The notes beneath the pieces were generated by a model. It ran no database searches. It was not told the origin of the DNA and was given only the letters and a program-made list of their open reading frames with translations. Below are positions 1 to 10,875 of a DNA stretch of 64,000 nucleotides, one piece after another (positions within the stretch are counted from its first letter, which is position 1; each line of letters starts with the position of its first letter). This stretch comes from an uncultured Methanosarcinaceae archaeon (GTDB lineage Archaea; Halobacteriota; Methanosarcinia; Methanosarcinales; Methanosarcinaceae): positions 224,001-288,000 of the forward strand of contig CAVSHT010000005.1 in NCBI GenBank assembly GCA_963727895.1. The letters are read 5' to 3'. Both the position numbers and the translations under genes were made by a program.

Positions 1-223
1 AAGACTATAACTATATCGTACTATTTATGAAATGTTGTTTATTATTTACAGATTTTTAATAATTAGATAAATTTATTCAATTGGCAATATTTTTAAATGA
101 ATTTTTCAGGAATAAATGCTTAAGCTCATTTATTAATCAGTATCTTCAGTTTTTAGAACATTTACATTATTACTTCGTTGTGAGGTCGCAAAAATTATTT
201 AAGAGCAGCGCATTGAATGATTA

Positions 224-1105
224 ATGAGACTTAAAGGATGCGCCTGCGCTTCGGGAGCAGGAACCATTATCGCAGCATTTGCGACCTGGAAAGGTGCAGC
301 ATTTGGAACTGGCTTAAAAACATATTCAGAAGTTGAACTCTCGGATCGCGAGCGAAAAGTCCACGGATCAATTGAAGGGATGCCTGAAGGAGATACCTTT
401 CTTATTGAGAGGTGTGTTGAGCTTGTGCTTGAGCACTTTGAGTTTGAACTTGGAGGCACGGTTAAAACAAGCAGCAATATTCCTCTTGCTGGTGGACTCA
501 AGAGTAGTAGCGCAGCTGCCAATGCAACTATACTGGCGACCTTAAATGCGATTGAAGAATCAATGCCTCCCCTTGACGCTGTAAAGCTTGGGGTAAGAGC
601 TGCAAGAGAAGCAAAAGTAACGATAACAGGCTCTTTTGATGATGCATGTGCATCTTTTTTTGGAGGAGTTGTGATCACTGATAACCGGGAATTGAAGTTA
701 CTCAAAAGAGAAGAGTATAATTCAAAAGTACTCATTTTTGCTCCGGATAGAAAAGCATTCAGTTCACAAACAAACGTTAAACGTTCACAGCTCATTGCTC
801 CTTATGTCGATATGGCGTATGAGCTTGCACTTTCAGGAGAATATGAAAAAGCAATGACTTTAAACGGTTTCCTTTACTGCTCTGCCCTTGGCTTTGATAC
901 TGAATTCATTCTTCGGGCCATGGAATGCGGAGTTAAAGGGGTAAGTCTATCTGGGTCTGGCCCGGCATATGTTGCACTTGTCAAAGAAAAACAGGTTGAA
1001 GATCTCAGGTTGGCCTGGGAGAACTGTGGGGTAGAAGGCAGGATTATAGAAACCTCTATAAATAACAGAGATGCAATATCTTTACAAAACGAGGGGTTCA
1101 CTTGA
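224..1105 (+). CDS. aroK: Archaeal shikimate kinase (GHMP family)
   Basis: GHMP motif PLAGGLKSSSA, ITGSFDD and LSGSGP; overlaps chorismate mutase. Confidence 0.93.
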   Translation: MRLKGCACASGAGTIIAAFATWKGAAFGTGLKTYSEVELSDRERKVHGSIEGMPEGDTFLIERCVELVLEHFEFELGGTVKTSSNIPLAGGLKSSSAAANATILATLNAIEESMPPLDAVKLGVRAAREAKVTITGSFDDACASFFGGVVITDNRELKLLKREEYNSKVLIFAPDRKAFSSQTNVKRSQLIAPYVDMAYELALSGEYEKAMTLNGFLYCSALGFDTEFILRAMECGVKGVSLSGSGPAYVALVKEKQVEDLRLAWENCGVEGRIIETSINNRDAISLQNEGFT

Positions 1106-1389
1106 GCGAACTTGAATCTGTCCGCAAAGAAATAGAAGAAATTGATAGGGAAATTCTTGCCCTCATTGATCGAAGAGTAGATATGGCTGAAAGAGTACTT
1201 GAATCAAAAAGAATAAATGGAACTTCGATAAATGACCAGAAGCAAAATGAGGTTGTAATTAGTAGAGCTTTGAACACTGCAACCGAACTCAACCTTGATT
1301 TGGGATCTATAAAAGCTATTTTTGAGATTCTGATAGAGATGAGTATTGAGCGTCAGAATGAATTGAGTGGAAAGGGACGCTTACCCTAA
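1102..1389 (+). CDS. Chorismate mutase (AroQ type)
   Basis: LESVRKEIEEIDREILALIDRR AroQ signature; TTG start overlaps the aroK stop. Confidence 0.88.
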   Translation: MSELESVRKEIEEIDREILALIDRRVDMAERVLESKRINGTSINDQKQNEVVISRALNTATELNLDLGSIKAIFEILIEMSIERQNELSGKGRLP

Positions 1390-1410
1390 CTACTCGGGAG
1401 AAACTAAAAA

Positions 1411-1830
1411 ATGGTTGATATTTCAGTAATTATGGGTTCCGAATCCGATCGGCCTATTGCTAACCGTGCGACTTCGGTTCTTGAAAAAAGTAAATACACT
1501 TACGAAGTAAAAGTTATTTCTGCTCATAGGAACCCTGAGGAACTTGACTCTTACGTCTCAAGCACTGATGCAAAGGTCTTTATTACAATTGCAGGCTTAT
1601 CAGCAGCCCTTCCAGGAGTTGTAGCCTCCAAGACAAAAAGACCTGTAGTAGGAGTGCCTGTAAGTGCCAAGCTTGGCGGACTCGATGCTCTTCTCTCTAT
1701 TGCACAGATGCCTCCAGGAGTGCCTGTAGGAAGCGTAGGAATTGATAATGGGGCAAACGGTGCACATCTTGCCTTAAGAATTCTGGACTTGATTGACATA
1801 GCTAAACTTGAGAATTCGACCAAAAGTTAA
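1411..1830 (+). CDS. purE: N5-CAIR mutase / AIR carboxylase
   Basis: [21 protein letters not shown] and AQMPPGVPV motifs. Confidence 0.95.
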   Translation: MVDISVIMGSESDRPIANRATSVLEKSKYTYEVKVISAHRNPEELDSYVSSTDAKVFITIAGLSAALPGVVASKTKRPVVGVPVSAKLGGLDALLSIAQMPPGVPVGSVGIDNGANGAHLALRILDLIDIAKLENSTKS

Positions 1831-2109
1831 AAATTAAAAGCCTTAATTTCATGCTTAATGGTGTAACGATTCACTACTACTAATTTTGTAGTAATAATCA
1901 CCAATAATATTATATCCAGCGGGCTAGTCCCGAAAACCTCTTTTTTAAGCCATCTCACTAATAGTAAAAAGAATATTGAAAATTAGATATAAAAATTAAA
2001 AAATAATAAGAGAATAGTTCATTTTGGTTTCTTTTAAAACATTATAACACTTTAAAATTATGAATAAATCCAAAGAAAGATTCATTCATATAGAATAAGT
2101 TTTTGAGAA

Positions 2110-2787
2110 TCAATTTTTGTCAACAAGTTTTGCTTCCAAGATTTTTAAAGACCCTATATCTCCTTCCCATTCAACTTCACTTTTTACGATTTCAATTCGC
2201 TTTTTATAAAAAGGAGCATCAAGCACAATAGTTTCGTATTCTCCGCCTTCTCCAGCCATATGAACCATATACCTTTTGTTCAAGGCTTTTAGATGTTCAA
2301 TAGAGTTCACATTTATAGGGCGACCTAGCCAAGACTGGTCAAGGCCTTCAGCTGCAACCTTGACAATCCGGATATCAAGAACTTTTGCCATCTCGTTGAG
2401 CAATTCTTCAGGATTTCTATGCCAGAGTGGTGCATAGACCTTAAGCCCCAGAGAGTCACAGATCTTCTGTACTCTACCTGCCTGATACTGTGATTCAATT
2501 GCACCTACGGATACACCATCTACATCTACTTTCTTGAGAGCAAGAGTCAGATCATCCAGTTCAAGTTCCTTTATTCCGCTGGACTCTTGCTGGATCAAGG
2601 GGATTTCACAGGCGGCAGAGATAAGTTCTACCATGTGGAGGTTGACGGAATGGTACATATAGGAATCGTCCCTTGCGGGAATAATATTAATAAGGTTGGT
2701 GACTTCATACCCTTCTTGAAGGGCATTATATATGGCAAAAATCGAGTCCTTGCCACCGGAGACCAGTGCTGCGAGTTTCATCTGCAT
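2110..2787 (-). CDS. Diphthine--ammonia ligase family PP-loop ATPase (Dph6-like)
   Basis: SGGKDS PP-loop, DSYMYH, GEGGEYET; near dph5; start may be 2781. Confidence 0.88.
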   Translation of the reverse strand: MQMKLAALVSGGKDSIFAIYNALQEGYEVTNLINIIPARDDSYMYHSVNLHMVELISAACEIPLIQQESSGIKELELDDLTLALKKVDVDGVSVGAIESQYQAGRVQKICDSLGLKVYAPLWHRNPEELLNEMAKVLDIRIVKVAAEGLDQSWLGRPINVNSIEHLKALNKRYMVHMAGEGGEYETIVLDAPFYKKRIEIVKSEVEWEGDIGSLKILEAKLVDKN

Positions 2788-2906
2788 CCCTTTTTGTTTT
2801 ATTATTTTTTCGTACTTTAGGGTTATAATGCGTGGATCATTAGGTAATATTTTATATATTTTTTGACTTTTTCGCCATTTACTTCAGTATTCGCAATTTA
2901 TAGCAT

Positions 2907-3797
2907 TTATTCAAGCCTTCCAAAATTGGATTCATAACGAACTTTCATTTCCTCCCAGGTAGGAAGATTTGTCTGGCAACCTCGCATCTGTACTACAAAA
3001 GAAGATACAGTAGTTCCTATTTTTCCGCATGTAGAAAGTGAGTATCCTCTAGTAAGAGCTAGAAGAAAACCCGCCCTATAAGCATCTCCTGCTCCAGTGG
3101 GATCTACAGCTTTGACAGAAACCACAGGAATTACAAATTCTTCTTTATCTGTATAGATTTTGCTGCCTTTAGAATCGTATGTAACCACGATAATGTCAAT
3201 CATTTCCTTAAGTTCAGAAAAGCTTTTTCCGGTAATCTCCGAGACTCGCCTGATTTCATGCCGGTTAGCAAAAAGGATATCAGTCTGAGTGAGTATGAGC
3301 TCAAGGTTTTCTTTTGAATAAGTAACAAGATCTTGTCCTGGATCGAAGGACACAAAACCAGCAATCTGTGCTATCTTTGCGTTATACACAGAGTCTGCAG
3401 TTGCAAGGTGGACAAAATCTACGGGTCTGGGTTCCAATTCTTTAAATTTTGAGGAAGCTCCCCAGTAAAAATAGGTTGTCTGGTTACTTTCTCTGTCTGT
3501 GAAAACAAATGCTTTGGAAATTTTCCGATTTTCGATTTTATAAAGACGAGAAAGATCTACATTAGCTTCTGTAAGGAGTTTTTCATATCCAGAACTTACA
3601 AAATCCGTTCCTACAGGAGAAATTAACTGGCTCTTACCCCCAAGTTTTGCGATGGCAACCGCAATATTGGCAGCTCCTCCACCAGGATGTTCTTCATAAT
3701 CAATTACAGGAGACGATTCATTTTTTCCTGCAATTTTTTCAACATCTACTATATAATCAAGGGCAGTATGCCCTACGATGGAAATCACTCTGTCCAT
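2907..3797 (-). CDS. PfkB family carbohydrate/nucleoside kinase
   Basis: PGGGAAN, FDPGQ, DPTGAGDAY signatures; start placed at MDRVISIVG. Confidence 0.9.
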   Translation of the reverse strand: MDRVISIVGHTALDYIVDVEKIAGKNESSPVIDYEEHPGGGAANIAVAIAKLGGKSQLISPVGTDFVSSGYEKLLTEANVDLSRLYKIENRKISKAFVFTDRESNQTTYFYWGASSKFKELEPRPVDFVHLATADSVYNAKIAQIAGFVSFDPGQDLVTYSKENLELILTQTDILFANRHEIRRVSEITGKSFSELKEMIDIIVVTYDSKGSKIYTDKEEFVIPVVSVKAVDPTGAGDAYRAGFLLALTRGYSLSTCGKIGTTVSSFVVQMRGCQTNLPTWEEMKVRYESNFGRLE

Positions 3798-4062
3798 GTA
3801 GTGTCCTCTTTTTGTGGGTTGTGAAAAATCCCGGATTTTTTGAGCAGGCATAACTTTTAAAAATAAAGTCATTAGAAAAGACAAAACTTGCTTTTTTGTT
3901 GTCTTCTGTTAATGGTAAGTATTTTTTCATACAAGGAGTATCATTTTTCAGCCACGTAACATCTAGATGAGCAAAAATCAGAGACATCACTAGGATGCAG
4001 CGACGTGCCTTTTTTATGCCTACTAACAGGCTTTGAAAAAAGCTATTATTTAATCCTTATAT

Positions 4063-4452
4063 TTATTTACCTGTTTTACTCTTCTGTTGCTGTTCTGACT
4101 TTTCAGCTGACCTCTCAAACTCCGTAACTTCCACAACTGTCAAAGGAATATCCCTGAGAGATTTCCCTATTACGGATTTTGCTATTCTTTCTGCATGTTC
4201 CGCAGACTCGGCATCAAAAACCTTCATCTCAAAAATTAGACCGACAAGAGCGGTGTTTGCTGCTATGAATACACTACTAAAAGGCTCACCACATGCTGGG
4301 CAGGACGTAGTTCCCACGTCGACCTCTACAAAATCTAATTTAGGATTCAGGCGTTTTCCAGCTTCTGATATTGCAACTCCGATAGCATCATCAGCTGTCT
4401 TTACATCTCTAACCAACCAAGCTGCTTCAAGTACCACATGGAAGTTTTTCAT
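4063..4452 (-). CDS. UPF0212/DUF555 family protein
   Basis: [29 protein letters not shown] pattern. Confidence 0.8.
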   Translation of the reverse strand: MKNFHVVLEAAWLVRDVKTADDAIGVAISEAGKRLNPKLDFVEVDVGTTSCPACGEPFSSVFIAANTALVGLIFEMKVFDAESAEHAERIAKSVIGKSLRDIPLTVVEVTEFERSAEKSEQQQKSKTGK

Positions 4453-4719
4453 TATTGTCCACCATATTCATTTAATTGTAAGCATAATTGTAAGCATTTT
4501 TAAGGAGATTTCTCGATAGGGATAAGTTTTACAGAATCTAAAGAATAGAATAAAGTATATAAATTGTTTCTGCTTCAAATAAAATAGTATCACGTTTAGT
4601 TTTATAGGGCTTTTCAATTAAGCATTTAATTTTAGTTTTGCAATATTATTCCTTCCATTGTGTATACACTTTTTCCTTAGATCAGGACTCAGTTATTTTT
4701 GATTCTCTATTCCTTAAAA

Positions 4720-5001
4720 TTATATAGTAAAAAGAGTCTCATCGTCTACTGTAAAAATTCCAAGCTTTGCTCCAGCATCAAGCCAGGCATGGCCATAACT
4801 AAAGGAAGCAAGTGCATTTACAGGATCTCCATTTTCCCGAAAATAGACTCCATCTTTATAATAGGCTTCTGCCATCGTATAATAATCCTTTGCAACAGCA
4901 TACATATGAGATCCCTGAATTGGAGAATATTTTGCTTTTTGAAGCGCTCTCTTTAACATATCTTCGTATCTTCTGACTTTTTCATCTAAGACGGCAGGCA
5001 T
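4720..5001 (-). CDS. DUF357 family protein
   Basis: MAEAYYKDG...NALASFSYGHAWLDAG; usual neighbour of dph5. Confidence 0.82.
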   Translation of the reverse strand: MPAVLDEKVRRYEDMLKRALQKAKYSPIQGSHMYAVAKDYYTMAEAYYKDGVYFRENGDPVNALASFSYGHAWLDAGAKLGIFTVDDETLFTI

Positions 5002-5042
5002 TTTATCACCAAGAAGTATTTAACGATATTAGTGGCCTATCC

Positions 5043-5843
5043 TTATTCCACACCGTTCATGAGCCCGATTGGACCTGCTGCAAGTTTCACAAGCGCTTCA
5101 GCTTCAAGAAAATGGAGTTTTCCAGGAATTACAAGGATATGAAGCGGCTTTCCAAAATCAAAGTCCTTCAGTTTTTCTGCATAATCTGCTTTTACTACTG
5201 GTTTTTCCGAACCTGCCCTAGCTATTCCTACAGTAACGGCTCCATGCATAACTCCTTCTTTTCTCTTTTCTTCTACTTCCAGGAGAAGCTCAAGTGCAGT
5301 ATTTACAGTCATGTAGCCTTTCTCTTTATCTATATCCAGGAATACCAGAGTATGCAATCCCAGTTCCAGGTTCTGCTTTATAATATCATAAGGAGTTTCC
5401 GAGATTACTCTTGTACCTCTCCTGCTTTCATAAGGGTGAGGGATACTTACAGATTTCCCGAAATGATAATTTTGCAGTCCTGTTAGTCCAGAAACAGCTG
5501 AAGCAATGGAAGCACCATGAATTAGACGGGTTTCTATTCCCAGTTTTTGAGCCCTAAGGCGCAAATCTACATGGGTTGTAGAGACCATTGTATCTCCTCC
5601 AGTCAAGAAACAAAGCTTCTTATTTCTTGCCTCGTCGAGCCAATAAGGATGTTGTTCTACGTCTTCCCTTGAAAGCAAAACGACTTTTTTTCCGTAGAGT
5701 TTTTCTAGTTTTTCAAGGTTCGTGCCCATGAGATCGGAGGTATAAAACTCTGCATAAATTAGGTCAGCTTCCCTGATAGCCTCAAGTCCTTTTAAAGAAA
5801 TGTCATATTCATCAAAAAGGCCCAGACCTATAAATGTAAGCAT
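5043..5843 (-). CDS. dph5: Diphthine synthase
   Basis: MLTFIGLGL, AEFYTS, GLQNYHFG, GLHTLVFLDI, LHFLEAE. Confidence 0.95.
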   Translation of the reverse strand: MLTFIGLGLFDEYDISLKGLEAIREADLIYAEFYTSDLMGTNLEKLEKLYGKKVVLLSREDVEQHPYWLDEARNKKLCFLTGGDTMVSTTHVDLRLRAQKLGIETRLIHGASIASAVSGLTGLQNYHFGKSVSIPHPYESRRGTRVISETPYDIIKQNLELGLHTLVFLDIDKEKGYMTVNTALELLLEVEEKRKEGVMHGAVTVGIARAGSEKPVVKADYAEKLKDFDFGKPLHILVIPGKLHFLEAEALVKLAAGPIGLMNGVE

Positions 5844-5991
5844 AGATCGCTTTAAGAGTCCTGTTTGTTTAAAACTTTTTCTTCGTATATCTTCGATATT
5901 TTCCTGATTTTGGGAGACGCTTAACTTATTTATATTTAAAGATCAAAATACTATATTTGATTATAACTTTAGTTTTCAAGGGGTTTTTATA

Positions 5992-6234
5992 ATGGTTAAA
6001 GTTACGCTTATTCATGCTAGCTGGTGTACTGCTTGTCCAGCAGCTCGTAGATTTTGGAAAGATCTGAAATCTGAATACGACTTTGAGTACGAGGAAATAT
6101 ACGTGGAAACTCCAGAGGGCCAGGCGTTGATAGATAAATATGGCATTGTTGGAGTTCCTACAACTATTATTGATGGAGAAGTGGCTTTTACAGGCCTCCC
6201 AAAAAAAGCTGATGCTATATCTCGTATTAGCTAA
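5992..6234 (+). CDS. Thioredoxin family protein
   Basis: WCTACP redox motif and GVPT cis-Pro loop; upstream of TrxR. Confidence 0.9.
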   Translation: MVKVTLIHASWCTACPAARRFWKDLKSEYDFEYEEIYVETPEGQALIDKYGIVGVPTTIIDGEVAFTGLPKKADAISRIS

Positions 6235-6306
6235 GTTAGCTCTATAGCTAAGTTATATCTAAAAAATATTTTATCTTAGTCTTTTTTCTAGATTCAGGAG
6301 GCAAGT

Positions 6307-7236
6307 ATGTACGACCTTATTATTATAGGAGGAGGACCTGCAGGGTTAGCAGCCGGTATTTATGCCGTGCGGTTTGGACTTAATACTCTGGTTCTTGAAA
6401 GAAGCGAAATCAGTGGTCAGATTGCACTGTCAGATATGGTTGAAAATTATCCTGGCTTTCCAGCGATCTCAGGACTGGAACTAATGGAAAAATATAAAAC
6501 TCATGCTCGAGCTGTCGGGGTAGAAACAAAGATAACGGAAGTCCTTTCTGTTCGTGCTGAAGGAGAAAAGAAAATAATCTCCACAGATGGTGGCGATCTG
6601 GAATCAAAAACAGTCATAGTTGCTACAGGTGCAAATCCAAAGCATCTAAACGTCCCTGGAGAGGAAGAGCTTATCAGTAAAGGAGTTTCTTACTGTGCTA
6701 TATGTGATGGGCCTTTTTTTAGAAATAAAACTGTTGTAGTAGTCGGGGGCGGTAACTCAGCAGTTACGGATGCTCTTTTCCTCTCAAAGATTGCTCAGAA
6801 AGTGTATCTAGTTCACAGGAGAAACCAGTTAAAAGCCTTAAAAGTCCTTCAGGACAGAGCTTTTAAGGTTCCAAATATTGAGTTTATTTTCAATGCCAAT
6901 ATCCTTGAAATTGTAGGAAGCAGCGAAGGAATTAAAAAAGTAGAAAAAATAAATTATAAAGATATAAAAAGTGGAAAACTTAATGAATTAGTCACGGATG
7001 GGGTTTTCATTTACGTTGGCATTCATCCAAATACTGAAATTATTGATGTAGAGAAAGATGATGCAGGTTTCATCAAAACAGATCGCTTTCTTGAGACTTC
7101 AACGAAAGGAATTTATGCTGTTGGGGACTGTCGTGATACTCCAATCTGGCAGCTTGTAGCAGCCGTTAGAGATGGAGCACTGGCAGCTACTGCTGTAAAT
7201 ATGTACATAGAAAACCCTAAAGAAAAGAATACATGA
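6307..7236 (+). CDS. trxB: Thioredoxin-disulfide reductase
   Basis: GGGPAG, CAICD, GGGNSA and VHRR motifs. Confidence 0.94.
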   Translation: MYDLIIIGGGPAGLAAGIYAVRFGLNTLVLERSEISGQIALSDMVENYPGFPAISGLELMEKYKTHARAVGVETKITEVLSVRAEGEKKIISTDGGDLESKTVIVATGANPKHLNVPGEEELISKGVSYCAICDGPFFRNKTVVVVGGGNSAVTDALFLSKIAQKVYLVHRRNQLKALKVLQDRAFKVPNIEFIFNANILEIVGSSEGIKKVEKINYKDIKSGKLNELVTDGVFIYVGIHPNTEIIDVEKDDAGFIKTDRFLETSTKGIYAVGDCRDTPIWQLVAAVRDGALAATAVNMYIENPKEKNT

Positions 7237-7428
7237 AGGCAATTTAAATCAAGATTTTCTGAGATTCACCTGAGAAAAATTACCGGATAAATTATTTTAA
7301 TCAGGATTTTGTTCTTAATTCGCCTTAATACTTAATTGTTTAAAATGTTAGAGTGTTCGTAAATTTTTCAAGACTAGCCAGTAAACCTGTCTGCTCTTAT
7401 TTTCATTTTTCTTGTTTCTTTTTCAGGC

Positions 7429-7710
7429 TTATTCAAGAATCTGGTTGATTTTGTTATAGAAATCTATAATCATGTTTGTTGCTTCATTGTCCATGTTCAG
7501 CTGGAAAGTCCTTATTTGCTTTCCCAGAGGTTTTTCTATGACAATGCCTGATGCAATCAGAGGAGTAATAACCCTTGATACGCTGGAGTGGGACAGACCA
7601 GTTTCTTCAGCTATTCCTGAAAGGTATGTTGACTCATTCTGGTGTTCAATCAGATTCTTAAGGACCGTCATCTGTGCAGTTTTTCCAAAGATTCTTTCCA
7701 TAGCGTCCAT
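7429..7710 (-). CDS. Winged helix-turn-helix DNA-binding protein
   Basis: LSGIAEETGLSHSSVSRVI helix-turn-helix followed by a wing. Confidence 0.75.
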   Translation of the reverse strand: MDAMERIFGKTAQMTVLKNLIEHQNESTYLSGIAEETGLSHSSVSRVITPLIASGIVIEKPLGKQIRTFQLNMDNEATNMIIDFYNKINQILE

Positions 7711-7948
7711 TTATATCATCCCAGAGGTGGCTGTTCTCCGTAAGTGATTCTTATTTCCACTATTAACTTGCTATTTACGGTTATAAACTTATCTCCTTAT
7801 TGGGTAAGCCGACGATCTATAAAAATTCTTCTAAATATTTAGGGGACTCTGTCCCTGACGACTGTGGTAAGTTTAAAGTACTGTTTGTTTGAAAAGATTT
7901 CAGAAATGTTTAAGATCTAATAAAATGTATACTGTATGGTGATGGAGG

Positions 7949-8461
7949 GTGATGAATAACAAAAATCTTGATCATGAGATTTTGAAATTAATTGAAGCGC
8001 AGCCTGAAATAAGTGATGGTGAGATTGCATCCAGTCTTTCAGTTCCGGAGGAACTTGTAAAAGTCCACATTTCAAATCTTACGGACACAAGACAGAAAAT
8101 CCTGATTATGGGTAATGGGAACAGTACTTTCAATATTAAGGCAACGCTTGAAGCTGAAAACTATAATGTTGTCAAAATTCCAGGAGACTTACCCACACTT
8201 GAAGCCATAAAAACTGAAAAACCTGACCTTGTCCTGCTGGACACTGGGCTTGCAGATCTTGAAGGTTTTAAAATCTGCAAACAGCTTAGAACCAGTTCAA
8301 AGTACTGGTGGATTCCGGTAATGGTGCTTAGTGAAACAGGTGAAGTGAAAAACAGGGTAAAAGCTTTTGAATCAGGAGTTGATGATTATGTTACAACGCC
8401 TTTTAATCCATTGGAACTACGAGCCAGAGTCGGAATGGTTTTGAGGAGGGTGTATATATAA
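7949..8461 (+). CDS. N-terminal HTH plus atypical response-regulator receiver domain
   Basis: PDLVLLD, GFKICKQLR, IPVMVLS, GVDDYVTTPFNPLELRARV; N-terminal ISDGEIASSLSV. Confidence 0.8.
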   Translation: MMNNKNLDHEILKLIEAQPEISDGEIASSLSVPEELVKVHISNLTDTRQKILIMGNGNSTFNIKATLEAENYNVVKIPGDLPTLEAIKTEKPDLVLLDTGLADLEGFKICKQLRTSSKYWWIPVMVLSETGEVKNRVKAFESGVDDYVTTPFNPLELRARVGMVLRRVYI

Positions 8462-9153
8462 TTGTAAAGCTTCAATATTTTCAAAAAACTCCTTTTTTTA
8501 ACTTTGCAAACTGGAAAGATTGCTCTAAAAAATCTTTTTTAGGGCATCCATTTGATATTTTTTGACTTAATATATATAAGAATATTTTTAGATATTTTAA
8601 TTAAAGACATTTATTAAGTGTCTTATTTAACGTTTTCATATTACAACTGATAAAATCTATAATTAACTTTTTCTGTGAATTGAAATATCCGAGAGCGTCT
8701 TGTGTATTATTTTTAAAAAGATCTTTGCAAAAAAAATTTTTAAAATGAACGACTGTTATAATATGAGTTTGGTCTAAATCAAAGATTTTGTCCTAAATTA
8801 AGTATCACACTTTAGGAAAAATATTCAAACACGTGATGCAAAAATCCAGTCATCAGCCTTTTTACAGGCCGTGAGAGGAAGAAATTCCAACTTTTTCCAA
8901 GATTAAATTTACTTAAACTTTAACGTTTTATTTAAATGATCAATTTTCCCCATGTCAGGGCAAAATTATGGGTAAAAAAAGACGGAAGAATTTGAGGCTA
9001 AAATATATATATAGTTTATTAACTGGAATAAAAAGTTATAAAAACGTACTATTAAGTTGTTTTGGTTTATTTAATTATCAACCTCACTTAAAAAACATTA
9101 TTTTTAAAATATTTGAGTGTAGAAATATTCCAAAATCTTTAAAAGAGAAAAAT

Positions 9154-9253
9154 ACTTAGGTTAAGTGTAACTATAAAACTTAGGTTAAGTGTAACTATAA
9201 AACTTAGGTTAAGTGTAACTATAAAACTTAGGTTAAGTGTAACTGTAACTATA
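9154..9253. repeat. 24-bp tandem repeat, about 3.8 copies (ACTTAGGTTAAGTGTAACTATAAA)
   Basis: Directly visible. Confidence 0.95.
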
Positions 9254-9416
9254 TCCTCAAAACTCAAAATTATCGCATGTAACTGCAAATATATCCTTAT
9301 TTTTGGTACTAATTTAAAGTACAAAATTTTTTTAACGTTATAAATGCATATAATTATTATTGCTAGAGAGATGCGATAAAAGTTGGAAAGATATTATCGA
9401 AAAAAGGTGTGGTTGA

Positions 9417-10298
9417 GTGATGACTTCGAATGAGTGGTACAATAAAGGTGTTGCACTCCATGAACTTAGAAGATTTGTAGAAGCTCTGGATGCATACAAC
9501 AAAGCTCTAGAAATAAGTCCTGACAATGCAAAAATCCTGTTCAACAAAGGGATGGTTCTAAAAAGTCTTTTCAAGTATGATGAAGCGCTCGAGGTTTTTA
9601 ATAAATCCCTTCAGATCAATCCTACTGATGAAAAAACATGGTATTCCAAAGCTGAACTGCTGATAGATCTTATGCAGTACAGAGAAGCCTTGGATGCATA
9701 CTATCAAGCTATATATCTAGCTCCTGACAACCCTGAGGTCTGGTACAGGCGCGGAAGGGCACTAAGAGAAATGAAGGCATATGAAGACGCTATGGATGAT
9801 TTTGAGAAAGCTATCTGCCTTTACGAACGGAATTACGATATGAATTCTATGAATGCAAGCGAGTGGTGCAAGAAAGGCATGGGACTCTGTAAAATAAAGA
9901 GTTACGAAGAGGCTATTAATGCGTTTAACAGGGCTCTTGAATTAAACCCTTCAAATGGGAAAGCCCTTTATAACAAAGGTGTAGCTCTTCGCTGGCTCGG
10001 AAAGCATGAAGAAGCAAGACTTTATCTCGAAAAAGCCGTGGAGATTTTTGATACCAAGATAAAAACGAATCCTGATAATGCCAGATTCTGGTATAATAAA
10101 GGAACTGCCTTGAGAGATCTGGAGAAATACAAAGAAGCGCTTCAAGCTTTTGAGAGAGCTATTGAAATTAATCCAAGTTTTACAAAAGCCTGGATTGGTA
10201 AAGGTATTGTATATGATAGAATCAAAAAACATCAGAAGGCAATGGAAGCTTACGAAAAAGCAGTCGATATAAATCCGATATATTCCGATCTCCTTTGA
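9417..10298 (+). CDS. Tetratricopeptide repeat protein
   Basis: Repeated W-x-x-KG...YxEALxxFxKALxINP units. Confidence 0.92.
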   Translation: MMTSNEWYNKGVALHELRRFVEALDAYNKALEISPDNAKILFNKGMVLKSLFKYDEALEVFNKSLQINPTDEKTWYSKAELLIDLMQYREALDAYYQAIYLAPDNPEVWYRRGRALREMKAYEDAMDDFEKAICLYERNYDMNSMNASEWCKKGMGLCKIKSYEEAINAFNRALELNPSNGKALYNKGVALRWLGKHEEARLYLEKAVEIFDTKIKTNPDNARFWYNKGTALRDLEKYKEALQAFERAIEINPSFTKAWIGKGIVYDRIKKHQKAMEAYEKAVDINPIYSDLL

Positions 10299-10338
10299 AT
10301 ATCCAAATTTAATTTTTTACGTAAATAAGAGTCCGGGC

Positions 10339-10866
10339 GCTAGATGACTAAGTAGTTACTATGCTAGATGACTAAGTAGTTACTATGTTAGATGACTAAG
10401 TAGTTACTATGTTAGATGACTAAGTAGTTACTATGTTAGATGACTAAGTAGTTACTATGTTAGATGACTAAGTAGTTACTATGTTAGATGACTAAGTAGT
10501 TACTATGTTAGATGACTAAGTAGTTACTATGTTAGATGACTAAGTAGTTACTATGTTAGATGACTAAGTAGTTACTATGTTAGATGACTAAGTAGTTACT
10601 ATGTTAGATGACTAAGTAGTTACTATGTTAGATGACTAAGTAGTTACTATGTTAGATGACTAAGTAGTTACTATGTTAGATGACTAAGTAGTTACTATGT
10701 TAGATGACTAAGTAGTTACTATGTTAGATGACTAAGTAGTTACTATGCTAGATGACTAAGTAGTTACTATGTTAGATGACTAAGTAGTTACTATGTTAGA
10801 TGACTAAGTAGTTACTATGTTAGATGACTAAGTAGTTACTATGCTAGATGACTAAGTAGTTACTAT
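10339..10866. repeat. 24-bp tandem repeat x22 (GYTAGATGACTAAGTAGTTACTAT), no spacers
   Basis: 528 bp = 22 x 24; position 2 is C in copies 1, 2, 18 and 22, T in the rest. Confidence 0.98.
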
Positions 10867-10875
10867 AATTTTCGC

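Noticed and set aside
199..795. 198-aa minus-strand ORF and similar antisense ORFs (14159-14665, 20348-21679, 51005-51625, 62567-63073)
   Set aside because: Shadows of well-supported genes on the opposite strand
9139..9324. ORF with VTLNLSFI repeats (also 52417-52629 with NIIFF repeats)
   Set aside because: Open only because the tandem repeat units lack stops in that frame; no RBS or family signal
10339..10866. CRISPR array
   Set aside because: Units are contiguous with no unique spacers, and no cas genes occur in the window
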